The translations under genes and the position numbers were made by a program. The notes beneath the pieces are model-generated. The model was not told where the DNA came from. It did no database searches and saw nothing but the letters and a program-made list of their open reading frames with translations. This document shows, piece by piece, positions 1-16,627 of a stretch of 64,000 bases of DNA. The stretch is from Eledone cirrhosa. Taxonomy: Eukaryota. The DNA lies in NCBI GenBank assembly GCA_964016885.1, contig OZ024760.1, positions 8,804,001-8,868,000 on the forward strand, read 5' to 3'. The stretch's first letter is position 1. Every line of letters begins with the position of its first letter.

Positions 1-173
1 AGACTCCAAGAAAAATGACCGAAGACAGTGGCCATACTTATACCACAGCAACTATATATATATATATATATGCCACCAATTCTTTGAGAAAACAACACCA
101 TACTTCGTGACTTTAAAAGATCGAAGTAACAGAAGTAAACTTTCCATCTTTGTTTTCTCTGTTCAAATTCTAG

Positions 174-231
174 CTGCCTGATGAGGTCATAGCTGTTGAA
201 CAATGGTTATCACCGAAATATATATAACAGC
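174..231 (+). ncRNA. Minimal type I hammerhead ribozyme motif (slightly degenerate)
   Basis: gctgc-CTGATGA-ggtcatagctgttg(aa)caatggttatcacc-GAAA-tatata-TA-acagc. Stem II is long, stem III is the palindrome ATATATAT, and stem I has one mismatch. AATAAA follows. Confidence 0.65.
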
Positions 232-392
232 AAATATGAATAAACAAAGTTAATTTTAACTTTGTGACTTACACTTCTTACACCTCTCTCTCCCTCTCTA
301 TATATATATACTACACCACACCACACCCTACCCTATCATACACTGTAATATGAGCGTTCTTTATGTTTTAAACACAAATATAGACACAACAT

Positions 393-592
393 GGACGTAT
401 AGTTATGTGGTTTAGTTGAGCAAGTGTCATTTAGCACGGCCTCGAGACAACCAATGTCATGTCAGTGAAATTGGTTAGACGGTAACTACGTAGATGACCG
501 TTTCATTGGCTGTATCTGTACTTCAAAGGACCAGCTTGGTTTCACACTATATCACGCTGAATCTCTCAGAATTATGTTAAGGGTACACGCCT
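393..592 (+). mobile_element. Degenerate tRNA/CORE-type SINE (octopus OR-like body)
   Basis: ttgagcaagtgtc CORE-like motif, followed by gtgaaattggttagacggtaact...cacgctgaatctc...gttaagggtacacg. Related diverged copies lie at ~16265-16560 and ~18300-18390. Confidence 0.5.
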
Positions 593-1044
593 TACTTTTG
601 TTACTCTGGAGTTTCGCCTGCTTCTCTCAGGGCCATCATAAAATAAAAGGTAAGAGAAAAATGTAATATACCGAACGTTTCGGACGCTAGTCTTTCGTCA
701 GACGAAAGAGAACAGATGAGAGGATGTTTGCGAGAAAGAAGAAGAAGAAAGAAGGAAGACGAAAGTAAAAGAAAAACGAAAATAGGGATAGAAAGAATGA
801 CGGTGTTGTTGTCGCTGTCATATACATACAGACATATAGTCATACACACACACACACCAATGTGTATATATATATATATATATACATACATACATACCTA
901 TATATACTCATACAGACACACCTATGTATTAATGTATATATACATTATATACAGACACACACCTATGTGTATATATATGCATACATATCTACATACACAT
1001 ATATATACATACAGACGTATGTATATATATACACACACACACAC

Positions 1045-1681
<637 letters not shown>

Positions 1682-1761
1682 ATAAACTAGTAACTTTACC
1701 TTCCTACCTACCTATCTACCTATATAGGACAGGCTGAATGACCTTTTTGTTAGCCACTATG

Positions 1762-1846
1762 TGGGAGAGGGAGGGGGAGGGAGAGGGAGAGGGAGAGGGA
1801 GGGGGAGGGAGGGGGAGGGAGTGGGAGAGGGAGGGGGAGGGGGGGA
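1762..1846 (+). repeat. G-rich (GGGAGA/GGGGGA)n tract
   Basis: Many G3+ runs separated by single A or AGA; potential G-quadruplex. Confidence 0.8.
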
Positions 1847-2182
1847 CACTACCTCAAAATTCTTTATATTCCAAGGTTTTCGTTATTGGTGACAAGACGT
1901 AAATTATACTAAAACTGGAAAGCTAGTTTAACTAGCTGCAACAGGGTGAAGTGTGTCTGTTAAAAAACAGCCAAGTACCAGGTGGTGGAGTGTCAGATGA
2001 AGTCTAGTCGCCATACTGTCGCTGAAATGTGAGCACCACTACCAAAATATATGTGATGCTCGAGCATTGTAACGGCTCGGCCACTGTTCAGAGCTGATGA
2101 CATCTAGAGTAATCTATTGTAAAAACTGTTTCGTCTTGGGGGCCTTAAAAAAACTTATTGTATAAAAGTTATGATCACCAAT

Positions 2183-2483
2183 CGTTGGCAGAATCGGTAG
2201 AGCGTCAGACGCCATGCTCCGCGGCATATAGTTACGGCCCTTTACGTTCCGAAGTTAACTTTGCCTTTCATCCTTACGGGGTCGTTAAAAAAAAAAAAAG
2301 CATCAGTTTGGCACTGGGTTCGATTTAATCGACTTTCCCCTCCCCCAAAAGTGTTGGCCTTGTGCCTAAATCAGCAATAAGAGTTCAAATCCCGCCGAGC
2401 ATCCTTACGGGGTCGATGAAATAAAGTACCAGTAATGCACTGGGGTAATTGCTGCCTTTGTGGCAAAAAAATAGAAACAATTA
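2183..2483 (+). mobile_element. tRNA-derived SINE family 1 (Meta-domain-like core), rearranged copy
   Basis: A-box-like tggcagaatcggtagagc, central gcctttcatccttacggggtcgataaaataaagtaccagt, tail gccttgtgcc..agtagaaacaatta. Same family recurs >20 times in the window. Confidence 0.8.
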
Positions 2484-2727
2484 ACGCTAGTAGGTTCGTA
2501 CCGTCAAAATTGACGGCGATTTGCAATATATATTTAAAGTTATATGTGTGAGTTTAGCCAAGGAATGGCAAAAGAATGTACGGTGTTTAAAGCCAACGGT
2601 GTAGTTACATGTGAATGAAATGAAATATTTCTTGTTGTTTTAACCCGTTTACTTAGTTGGGTTATCTAACTTTACCAGGATTGAAATACAACCATGTTTA
2701 GTCAATTTATCAATACTTCCGAAAAAA

Positions 2728-3590
2728 TACGATCGCAAATACAAACGGCCGAAATGGGGGTTCCTCCGAAAGGTCTTTGGAGTGACGTTACTCGATGAAG
2801 TGCGTAGCTCGGAGATGAGAGAGTCACTCCAGGTAGAGCCCCTGCTTCTCCGGATTAAGAGATCACAGCCCCGATACTATGGACATGTGGTTAGAATGTC
2901 TCAGGAAAGAATGTGTAGCTCGGAGATGAGAGAGTCACTCAAGGTAGAGCTGCTACTTCTCCGGATTGAGAGATCACAGCTCCGATACTCTAGACATGTG
3001 GTTAGAATGTCTGATGAAAGAATCGCTGGACAGATTCTACGGGCAAAACCAAGAGGCAAGAGACCCAGGGGTAGACCTCAAGCAAGATGGTTGGATAACG
3101 TCCTTGAGCTTTGCTGGTCTCGCTTGGAGAACAAGATGGTTGGATAACGTCCTTGAGCTTTGCTGGTCTCGCTTGGAGAACAAGATGGTTGGATAACGTC
3201 CTTGAGCTTTGCTGGTCTCGCTTGGAGAACAAGATGGTTGGATAACGTCCTTGAGCTTTGCTGGTCTCGCTTGGAGAACAAGATGGTTGGATAACGTCCT
3301 TGAGCTTTGCTGGTCTCGCTTGGAGAACAAGATGGTTGGATAACGTCCTTGAGCTTTGCTGGTCTCGCTTGGAGAACAAGATGGTTGGATAACGTCCTTG
3401 AGCTTTGCTGGTCTCGCTTGGAGAACAAGATGATTGGATAACGTCCTTGAGCTTTGCTGGTCTCGCTTGGAGATCCGGCCGGATCAGTTTGGAGACGGTT
3501 GCTTCTGACAGGACCTACTGGAAGGAGTGTTTGAGGACTCTGCGCCCAGGACCCCCTCAGGAATAAGTGGGCAAAGAAGAAGAAAATGAA
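2728..3590 (+). mobile_element. RTE-clade LINE 3' fragment (RT C-terminus)
   Basis: Translates AEMGFLRKVFGVTLLDEVRSSEMRESLQVEPLLLRI..YYGHVVRM...RGKRPRGRPQARWLD. Contains an internal ~110-bp duplication and an (AAG)n-like tail. Confidence 0.85.
3083..3473 (+). repeat. 49-bp tandem repeat x8 inside the LINE fragment
   Basis: Unit caagatggttggataacgtccttgagctttgctggtctcgcttggagaa at 3083, 3132, 3181 ... 3426. Confidence 0.97.
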
Positions 3591-4147
3591 AAAGACGAAG
3601 ACTCAATATTCCCCCGAGATATATTTTGAACATAAATTCATGTTTTATTTCATACAGGATATGCTTAATTTATTATCTGCATTGTTAATTTATTATCTAC
3701 ATTCGGGTTATTTCTATCTCTAGATCTTTATATTTAGATAATTTTTCCATTTCCTTGATGGATATATTATCGTCTGTGGGTTTAGATACATCAATTAGAA
3801 AACATTTTTTTTCTTTGTGGTTTTGTAGATGACCCAATTATATACGTCCTCTTGTGTAAAATCTGACCTTGCATTTAGCAAATAGCAACGGATTGTATTC
3901 GTGTATTCATATTTAAATTAATTTTATAGGAAAAACCGTTCTGGCAGTTTTTAGTGTATTTTATTTTATTTTATTTTATTTTATTTTTGCAAATTATTTA
4001 TTAAAATAAAACTTTGAAAACGAAAAAACAAACAAACAACAAAAACAAATAAATCTAACAAAAATAAAAAAAAATATTGAAACAGGATAAAAAAAAATCC
4101 GTAAAACACTGCACAAGTTCTACAAACTTCCACGACCCACAATATAG

Positions 4148-6303
<2,156 letters not shown>

Positions 6304-6587
6304 TTTTATTGTAAAGCTAGCTATGATATTTTGCTTCTATCGTTGTACTTATTTATTGAAGTTTTAAATTGTTTCTGCACACGAGATGTACCCAATGGCA
6401 CCCCGATTACTCAAACGTTAATTAATGTGTATTACCCCGTCAGAGAATGTGATCCCTCTTCTCTCTCTCTCTCTCTCCACCCTCAATCTCCCTATTTCTC
6501 ACCCCCTCCACCACTCTCTCTTCCCCTCTCATTTAATATTTACCAATATAAAATATGTTTAACTGGTGCTTTTTTTTTCATTGCACT

Positions 6588-6646
<59 letters not shown>

Positions 6647-6716
6647 TACATACACGTGTGTTACTCGCTGGCGATTGTGTCACATTTTCTCCACTTACAT
6701 ACGTGTGTGTATATAT

Positions 6717-6747
<31 letters not shown>

Positions 6748-7284
6748 AAATTATAAGTTTGAAGTACTGACAGATAAAATTTACCTAACCTTTCCTGAGT
6801 TTCTCTATGTCTCTCTCTCTCAGAGAAGAGAGAGGGGGTAGAGAGAGAGGCCTATGTGAGGAAGAGAGAGAGAGAGAGAGCGAAGGGTAAGCATATGTGA
6901 GGAAGAGAGAGAGAGAAGGGGAGGCATATGTGAGGAAGAGAGAGAGAGAAGGGGAGGCATATGTGAGGCAGAGAGAGAGGGAAGGGAATTGGAAGCGTAT
7001 GTGAGGAAGAGAGAGAGAGAGAAAACGGAGTATACTCAGGGGAAGTAACCATAGCATACTTTCTCCCTAGTCAGGAAACAATGATATTAAAATGAAGACA
7101 TGGCGTATTGTTATTGTATTTATTTGCTCCTTCAGTCTGTTTACTTCTGATGTAAACTTCCAATATGTAATTTACATAGCGAAACTTGAAGTAGCAAGCG
7201 TGAAACACCTATTATACTCCAATATATAACACTTTTCCCCTTCTATATCAAGCATTTAATACATCTTTATATATATATATATAT

Positions 7285-7632
7285 ATAATATATAAGATCA
7301 AAAGATGGTTAAAAGAGTTCCATGTATTTTATTATGCGCATTTCAAAAACAAATATCATCATGCAATAACATTTGCGTTTTCGTCAGATAAAATAGGGAG
7401 ACATGATATGAAGGTTAAAACACACTTGTGAATAGTGTAGTTTTAAATCAACATATGTTGATATGTTGATTCAAAACTACACTATTCACAAGTGTTTTTT
7501 AAGCTTCATATCATGTCTCCCTATTTTATCTGACGAAAACGCAAATGTTATTGCATGATGATATTTGTTTTTGAAATGCGCATAATAAAATACATGGAAC
7601 TCTTTTAACCATCTTTTGATCTTATATATTAT
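7285..7632. repeat. ~350-bp near-perfect palindrome, each arm carrying a hammerhead motif (Penelope-like inverted end)
   Basis: Arms ~7285-7457 and ~7461-7632 are reverse complements with few mismatches. The right arm continues into unique sequence and then (TA)n. Confidence 0.92.
7522..7592 (+). ncRNA. Intact minimal type I hammerhead ribozyme
   Basis: tattttat-CTGACGA-[stem II aaacgcaaatgttatt/atgatatttgttttt]-GAAA-tgcgca-TA-ataaaata. Stem I is a perfect 8 bp and stem III is the palindrome ATGCGCAT. Predicted cleavage after 7584. Mirror copy on the minus strand at 7325-7395. Confidence 0.88.
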
Positions 7633-7730
7633 TTATACTCCAGTCCTACAAACTGTAGAGTGCTTCTTATCCGATATCTGCATTGCTTTATTGTACTACA
7701 ATAAAACTCACCCCCTACATATATATATAT

Positions 7731-7923
7731 AGGAAAGAGTATGACCCCGACGGCATAGCTCAAGCCGTTTCGACGGCTATTTCAGTCCAGAAATAGCCGT
7801 CGAAACGGCTTCAGCTCTGCCGTCGGGGTCATACTTGTTCCTATTTCCCACTCTACTACCCTAAGTATTGAGTACTCTGGTGCGTTATGGTCCATCTGGT
7901 TCCTTACCACAATTCCTTTGTTA
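7731..7923 (+). mobile_element. Fold-back half-hammerhead mini-element, family A
   Basis: Inverted arm, then gccgtcGAAAcggcttcagctctgccgTCggggtc, then the ACTC..GAGTAC hairpin and ttccttaccac..ttcctt(t/c)gtta, flanked by (TA)n. Confidence 0.8.
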
Positions 7924-8067
7924 TATATATAAGCAAAGGGATATTTAATTTGTTGGTAATTCAACAAATATATATATTTATAACAGATTCGAAGCACTCG
8001 ACAGATTTTTCTGGAGTATAATATCATTGATATTAATAAATGGAAACTATATTTATAAAACCATATT

Positions 8068-8128
8068 TATTCTATTATATATATTTCAAGGGCACCAAAA
8101 CTTTTGTACGCTCTCATCAGATAAAATA
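8068..8128 (-). ncRNA. Minimal hammerhead ribozyme
   Basis: Minus strand: tattttat-CTGATGA-gagcgtacaaaagttttggtgccctt-GAAA-tatata-TA-atagaata. Downstream sequence is homologous to that after the 61690 motif. Confidence 0.8.
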
Positions 8129-8444
8129 CAAAGTTTGACATATCCAGGAATGAGGACCTTAACGGTTCAAGTTTTACCTGGATAGTAAAAGAAAAAAGGG
8201 GAAGAGAGGAAAAAATAAATATTTCAAATTATTTAGATGAATATGCAAATGAGGTTGAGGCGTAGGGCTGAATAAAACGTTATTTTTAGACGCTAGGTAG
8301 ATTTAAATAATTATTAGGATCTATATATGTATGTGGAGAAAGAAAGAAAAGCTTGTATTGATATTACTATAATGTACGTGAATTTAAACAGATTGAAACG
8401 TTAGGTTTGTTGGAGTGGTGGAATATGATTCCAGAATTTAAAAA

Positions 8445-8480
<36 letters not shown>

Positions 8481-8484
8481 ATCA

Positions 8485-8862
8485 ATCATCTATATATAAG
8501 CATCTATATATAAGCATCTATATATAAGCATCTATATATAAGCATCTATATATAAGCATCTATATATAAGCATCTATATATAAGCATCTATATATAAGCA
8601 TCTATATATAAGCATCTATATATAAGCATCTATATATAAGCATCTATATATAATCATCTATATATAATCATCTATATATAATCATCTATATATAATCATC
8701 TATATATAATCATCTATATATAATCATCTATATATAATCATCTATATATAATCATCTATATATAATCATCTATATATAATCATCTATATATAATCATCTA
8801 TATATAATCATCTATATATAATCATCTATATATAATCATCTATATATAATCATCTATATATA
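8485..8862. repeat. 14-bp tandem repeat a(g/t)catctatatata
   Basis: Two homogeneous sub-blocks: AGC variant first, ATC variant second. Confidence 0.95.
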
Positions 8863-8986
8863 ATCTTCATTTTACTATATTGTTTGCTTTGTTGTTTTCC
8901 GTTTACCTTATACATACATAAAGCTATGATGTGTATATGAATGTGGAAGGAGAATCCACTGACTATGCTGAAAGAGGTAGTAAATA

Positions 8987-9453
8987 GGGAAAGAAAGTGC
9001 GATAAAGAGAGGGAAAGAAAGTGCGATAAAGAGGGGGGAAAGAAAGTGCGATAAAGAGAGGGAAAGAAAGTGTGATAAAGGGAGGGAAAGAAAGTGTGAT
9101 AAAGGGAGGGAAAGAAAGTGCGATAAAGGGAGGGAAAGAAAGTGCAATAAAGAGAGGGAAAGAAAGTGTAATAAAGAGAGGGAAAGAAAGTGTAATAAAG
9201 AGAGGGAAAGAAAGTGTAATAAAGAGAGGGAAAGAAAGTGTAATAAAGAGAGGGAAAGAAAGTGTAATAAAGAGAGGGAAAGAAAGTTCGATAAAGGGAG
9301 GGAAAGAAAGTTCGATAAAGGGAGGGAAAGAAAGTGCGATAAAGAGAGGGAAAGAAAGTGCGATAAAGAGAGGGAAAGAAAGTGCGATAAAGAGAGGGAA
9401 AGAAAGTGCGATAAAGAGAGGGAAAGAAAGTGCGATAAAGAGAGGGAAAGAAA
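8987..9453. repeat. 24-bp minisatellite gggaaagaaagtgcgataaagaga
   Basis: ~19 units with clustered variants. Confidence 0.95.
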
Positions 9454-10074
9454 GAGAACGATGTGACTTGTTGCAAATGACAAAAACAGAGACAATAGAA
9501 AGCGGAAGATTGTTCTCTGAAAGTTCATTAAACTCTGAAGAAGGGAATTTTAGATCCCGAAATATTAGGACAGAAGAAAGAACAACAAAAACAAAACAAA
9601 GATTACCAAGTAACTTTCATCTTCGTTAAGTCATCTTACAGTCCATTTTATATTGGTTAGTCTTCTATCTCTTTCCACGTTAGAAACAAGGTCTGTTACC
9701 CTCTCCCCTTAGCCCCGTTGCTTAATAATCCTCTCCCTTTCCCTCCCTTTCCTCTCCCTTTCCAATGTTACTTTCTCTTTCTTTGATTTATTTATTTATT
9801 TTGAAAGTTTCATATTCATTACACACACACACACGCACATATATATAAGGAAAAGGTTCAGGACCCCGACGGCAGAGCTCAAACAGTTTCGACGCTTAAA
9901 GTACCAGTAACGCACTGGTGTAATGGCTGACCTTGTAACGAAAGTAGAAACAATTATATATATGTATATATATAGATATATATATAGTAAAAAATTGACC
10001 GGGAACAAAACAGAGAGGCAGTACGAAAAAAAGGTTTATTAGTTTCACGCTCTTGAGAGTGGGGTGATGGTGGG

Positions 10075-10112
10075 GAACGACGTTTCGGGCATAAGCCCTT
10101 CTTCAGGTGAAA
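10075..10112 (-). ncRNA. Minimal hammerhead motif, short stem I
   Basis: Minus strand: ttcac-CTGAAGA-a-gggc(ttat)gccc-GAAA-cg-TC-gt. Classic PLE-type core with AATAAA ~35 nt downstream. Stem I has only 2 bp intact. Confidence 0.6.
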
Positions 10113-10338
10113 AGTGTGTGGGAAGAGAGTTCGAAGGGTATGTATGTATGTATGTATGTATGTATGTATGTATGTATGTATATATATATAAGGTAAGTTA
10201 TTCTGGGTTGAATCGGAGGTAATCACACTAAGTAAGGTACTCAATACATAGAGTATAAAAGTTTTAATATAGATGAGATTCTGCAGGACTAGAACTGTTT
10301 CATTCTTGATTCCTGATGATTGATGATTTATATATAAT

Positions 10339-10384
<46 letters not shown>

Positions 10385-10524
10385 ATATTATATATGTATA
10401 TATAAAATTGTGTTTATAAGTATAAAGAGGAATAAATAAAATAATTATTATTAAAATATACTAAGAATTGCTAAAACGAAACAGAAATAAATCCCGTAAA
10501 TGTTGAAGGGTATTTAGGTAGCAA

Positions 10525-10955
10525 ATACATATATACACACATATATATACATACAATACATATACAATATATACACATATATATATACACACACACACAC
10601 ACATATATATACACACACACACATATATACACACATATATGTATATACACATATATATATACACACACACACATATATATACACACACACATATATACAC
10701 ACACACATATATATATATATACACACACACATACATATATATAGATATACACACACATACATATATATAGATATATACACACATACATATATATAGATAT
10801 ATACACACATACATATATATAGATATATACACACACATACATATATATAGATATATACACACACATACATATATATAGATATATACACACACATACATAT
10901 ATATAGATATACACACACATACATATATATAGATATATACACACACATACATATA

Positions 10956-11041
<86 letters not shown>

Positions 11042-11054
11042 TATATATATACAC

Positions 11055-11085
<31 letters not shown>

Positions 11086-11212
11086 TATACACACACACAC
11101 ACATATATATATATACACACACACATATATATACACACACACACACATATATATATACACACACACACACACACATATATATATACACACACACACACAC
11201 ATATATATATAT

Positions 11213-11243
<31 letters not shown>

Positions 11244-11258
11244 CACACACACACATAT

Positions 11259-11307
<49 letters not shown>

Positions 11308-11370
11308 TATATATATATACACACATATATATATATATATACACACATATATATATATATATACACACAC

Positions 11371-11401
<31 letters not shown>

Positions 11402-12116
11402 TACATATATATATACACACATATACATATATATATACACACACATACATATATATATACACACACATACATATATATATACACACACATACATATATAT
11501 ATATACACACACATATATATATATATACACACATACATATATATATACACATACATATATATATACACATACATATATATATATACATACATATATATAT
11601 ACATACATATATATATATACATACATATATATATACATACATATATATATATACATACATATATATATACATACATATATACACGTATATATACATATAT
11701 ATATATACACACGTATATATATATACACATATATATACACATATATTCACATATATATACACACACATATATATATATATACACATATATATACACACAT
11801 ATATATATATACACATATATATACACACATATATATATATATACACATATATATACACACATATATATATATATACACATATATATACACACATATATAT
11901 ATATATACACATATATATACACACATATATATATATACACACATATATATATATATACACATATATATATACACACACACATATATATACACATATACAC
12001 ATATATATATACACACACACATATATATATATATACATACACACATATATATATATATACATACACACATATATATATATACACATATACACATATATAT
12101 ATATATATACACACAC

Positions 12117-12181
<65 letters not shown>

Positions 12182-13568
12182 TATATATACACACACATAT
12201 ATATATATACACACACATATATATATATACACACACATATATATATATACACACACATATATATATATACACACACATATATATACACACACATATATAT
12301 ATATACACACACATATATATACACACACATATATATATATATATACACATATATATATATATACACATATATATATATATACACATATATATACACATAT
12401 ATATATATACACATATATATATATACACATATATATATATATACACATATATATATACACATATATATATATACACATATATATATATACACATATATAT
12501 ATATATACACATATATATATATATACACATATATATATATACACATATATATATATATATACACATATATATATATATATACACATATATATATATATAT
12601 ACACATATATATATATATATACACATATATATATATACACATATATATATATACACATATATATATATACACATATATATATATACACATATATATATAC
12701 ACATATATATATATACACATATATATATATACACATATATATATATACACATATATATATATACACATATATATATACACATATATATACACACATATAT
12801 ATACACATATATATACACACATATATATACACACATATATATATACACACATATATATACACACATATATATACACATATATATATATACATATATATAT
12901 ATACACATATATATATACACATATATACATGTACACATATATATACACATATATATGTACACATATATATATACACATATATATATACACATATATATAT
13001 ACACATATATATATACACATATATATATACACATATATATACACATATATATATACACATATATATATACACATATATATATACACATATATATATACAC
13101 ATATATATATACACATATATATATGTACACATATATATATATGTACACATATATATATATGTACACATATATATATATGTACACATATATATATATGTAC
13201 ACATATATATATGTACACATATATATATGTACACATATATATATGTACACATATATATATATACACATATATATATATACACATATATATATATATACAC
13301 ATATATATATATACACATATATACATATATATATATACACATATATATACATATACATATACACATACATATATATACACACACACACATATACACACAC
13401 ATACACACACACACACACATATATACACACATACATATACACATACATATATACACATACATATATACACATACATATATACGCATACATATATACACAT
13501 ATATATACACACATACATATATACACATACATATATACACATACATATATACACATACATATATACAC
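10525..13568. repeat. ~3-kb compound (TA)n(CA)n microsatellite
   Basis: Seen directly; source of the 1035- and 1029-aa spurious ORFs. Confidence 0.97.
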
Positions 13569-14180
13569 ATGGTGGCTGCCAACTCGTTTTCGAGTACGGC
13601 CACTACTTTATATCCATGTAGGAGAACCCCTACCGATGCGCTAAACGAGTGTGACTTTTTAGTCCAGCCAGCGACTTGAAAACTCTGGTACAAACACTAC
13701 ACTTGTGACAATTACTGACACATAGTGCTGGGCCCATGGTACCATGTGACGACAAGTGCAGAGAGATCTCCAGATATAAAGCAATGCCTGTGCCGTGAAG
13801 CTTTTATAGTGAGCAAAGGCACTGCACAAAGCCAGTCCCACTCTCTTAACCAAGATGATATTTACCAAAAAGAAGAACAAGTCAACATCATTGGATACCA
13901 TCAGGGTTGCAGGTGTTATATCAGAGTTTTCCTACTCCTAGAATTCTGCCTTGACAAAGGCTAAGGGGTCATCTCTCCCGGTGATTTTGGATGGCCATTG
14001 ACTCTTAAGAGCTCCTTTGCCCTTTGACAGGTTTTGTTTTTAGTCCTGCAGGATGTCCAAAGTCACCCTCCTCACCAAGAAACCTTGGTGGGGTTGCTTG
14101 TTTAGTCGCCAACGACCCGACCATGGGACAGGTTGTACTGGGATACATGTTACCAGTAGCACCAACTGGTGACCTGACAT
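13569..14180 (-). mobile_element. Non-autonomous RTE-derived bipartite element (~610 bp), apparently full length
   Basis: The minus strand has the RTE 5'UTR-like motif ggcagaattctaggag(t/a)aggaaaactctgat and a 3' C2H2 remnant [23 protein letters not shown] (stop at 13630). Near-identical copies are at 28880 and 43055. Confidence 0.75.
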
Positions 14181-14751
14181 ACACATATACACATACATAT
14201 ACATATATACACATACACACATACATATATACACATACATATATACATACATTCACATACCTATATACATATATATACATATACACATACATATGTACAT
14301 ACATACACATATGTACATACATACACATATATACATACATACACATATACATACATACACATATATATACATACACATATATACATACATACATACATAT
14401 ACAGTATATATACATATATACACGTGTACACACATGTACACATATATATATATACATATGTACACATATATACACATATATATATACACACATACACATA
14501 CATATATGTACACACATATATATATATATACATATGTACACATATATACACATATGTACATATATACACATATACATACATACACACACATATATACACA
14601 CACACATATATATACACACACACACATATATACACACACACATATATACACACACACATATATACACACACATATATACAAACATATATATATATACACA
14701 CACATATATACAAACATATATATATACACACACATATATACACACACATAT

Positions 14752-14791
<40 letters not shown>

Positions 14792-14923
14792 TGCTAACAA
14801 AGTATAGTTTCCCAAATCTTATATAAAAGCTAGTTGTGATGGCTGGAGGCAAAAGAAGACTTTCAAACTTATGTTTTAGTTTTCTATACTAACCCACTTA
14901 ATTTTCACCTGATTACAGCCTCA

Positions 14924-14976
<53 letters not shown>

Positions 14977-15097
14977 ACACACACACTCGTATTGAAATTA
15001 CATGCTATGTTATCCATCTGATGACATACCTGTACATCTCACACGCAAATGTCGGCACACACAAATACATATACACATTCATACATTCATACACATA

Positions 15098-15310
15098 CAT
15101 TCGTACATATACACACATACATTCGTACATATACATACATTCGTACATATACATACATTCGTACATATACATACATTCGTACATATACATACATTCGTAC
15201 ATATACATACATTCGTACATATACATACATTCGTACATATACATACATTCGTACATATACATACATTCGTACATATACATACATTCGTACATATACATAC
15301 ATTCGTATAT
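15098..15310. repeat. 18-bp tandem repeat cattcgtacatatacata
   Basis: Seen directly. Confidence 0.9.
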
Positions 15311-15958
15311 ATACATACACACATACATACATACATATATATACACACATACACATACATACATATACATACATACAATAACACAAAGCCTATATTGACA
15401 TTAAAAGCCTATTTTAAAAAGTATCTTCGTAATTTTTTAGGAATTTACATAAGTACATTCCAGGACACACAGACAGACAGAAAGACACACACACACACAC
15501 ACAGACATGCACATACATTCCAGGACACGCACACACACACACACACAGCTATAACATAGACACACATTCCAAGACACACACAGATCAACATACACACTCA
15601 TTCCAAGACTCACAAACACACAGATATAATACACATATTCCAAGACACACACACCAAGACACACACACACCAAGACACACACACACACACACCAAGACAC
15701 ACACACACCAAGACACACATACACACCAAGACACACACACACACACACACCAAGACACACACACACCAAGACACACATACACACCAAGACACACACACAC
15801 ACACACACCAAGACACACACACACAGTTATAACACACACACATTCTCTTACACACACACACACACAGACAGTCACTTAAAACACTTGCGTGTTTTGAATA
15901 ATTGTGTCACCTTGACCGAATGTATACATATGTTTATTAACACATACATACATACAAA

Positions 15959-15995
<37 letters not shown>

Positions 15996-16627
15996 ATATA
16001 TATGTGGTGGGGGGATAATCAACAGGTGGCAAGCAAGCTCTCTATGTGTTGAAGATGGTTACTTCCTAACGACACTACACAAAATTTATCTGACGGTTTC
16101 CCGCTAAAACCTGAGGTGTAAATATGGATGGCGGGGTGGGATAAGTTTGAGGAAATCGGCAGAGCAACGGGTAAACCCATTTGTGCTAATTGCATAAATC
16201 ATTTGACATTCTAATGTCGGCGATGTGACTTTGGGCTTCGTTATACCAAAGTTTGATAAAATACGTATGACCGAATGGTTAAGGAATTTGTTCTTAAATT
16301 TTTAAGGTCCCGAGCTCGATCCTACTGCGTTACATCTTGGGCAAGTATCATTTGCAGCCTCGAGTTGACGAAAGCCTTGTCCGTGAAATTTGGTTGACAG
16401 AAACTATCTTGATGCCCGTCGAATAGGCAGGGCCTGTAAATCAAAGACTCAGTTTTGTCATTTACTGTATCACCCTGAATCCCCTGCCTCCTAGAATTGT
16501 GGCAAATGTATGTGTGTGTCTGTGGAATGCTTAGCCACTTACATAGGAAACCTGGTTATGGAGAGCTTTCGTCCTGAACACCTCCATTATGAGAAATTTC
16601 TGTTTAAAACAAAGAAAGACTTTGTAT

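Noticed and set aside
3083-3473. Regular 49-bp repeats (also the 30-bp and 48-bp arrays) as a CRISPR array
   Set aside because: No unique spacers, no cas genes, and a eukaryotic context.
10461-13693. Very long ORFs (1035, 1029, 648 aa) and all similar VC/YI/HT-rich ORFs
   Set aside because: They are translations of dinucleotide microsatellites that lack stop codons by composition.
13659-13964. Recurrent 79-80-aa ORFs in three places
   Set aside because: They recur because the mini-element is multicopy. The meaningful coding remnant is the zinc-finger end in another frame.
14090-14180. Complete HDV-like ribozyme at the mini-RTE 5' end
   Set aside because: Only P4/J4-2 and P2-like parts are visible; there is too little sequence for P3 plus P1.
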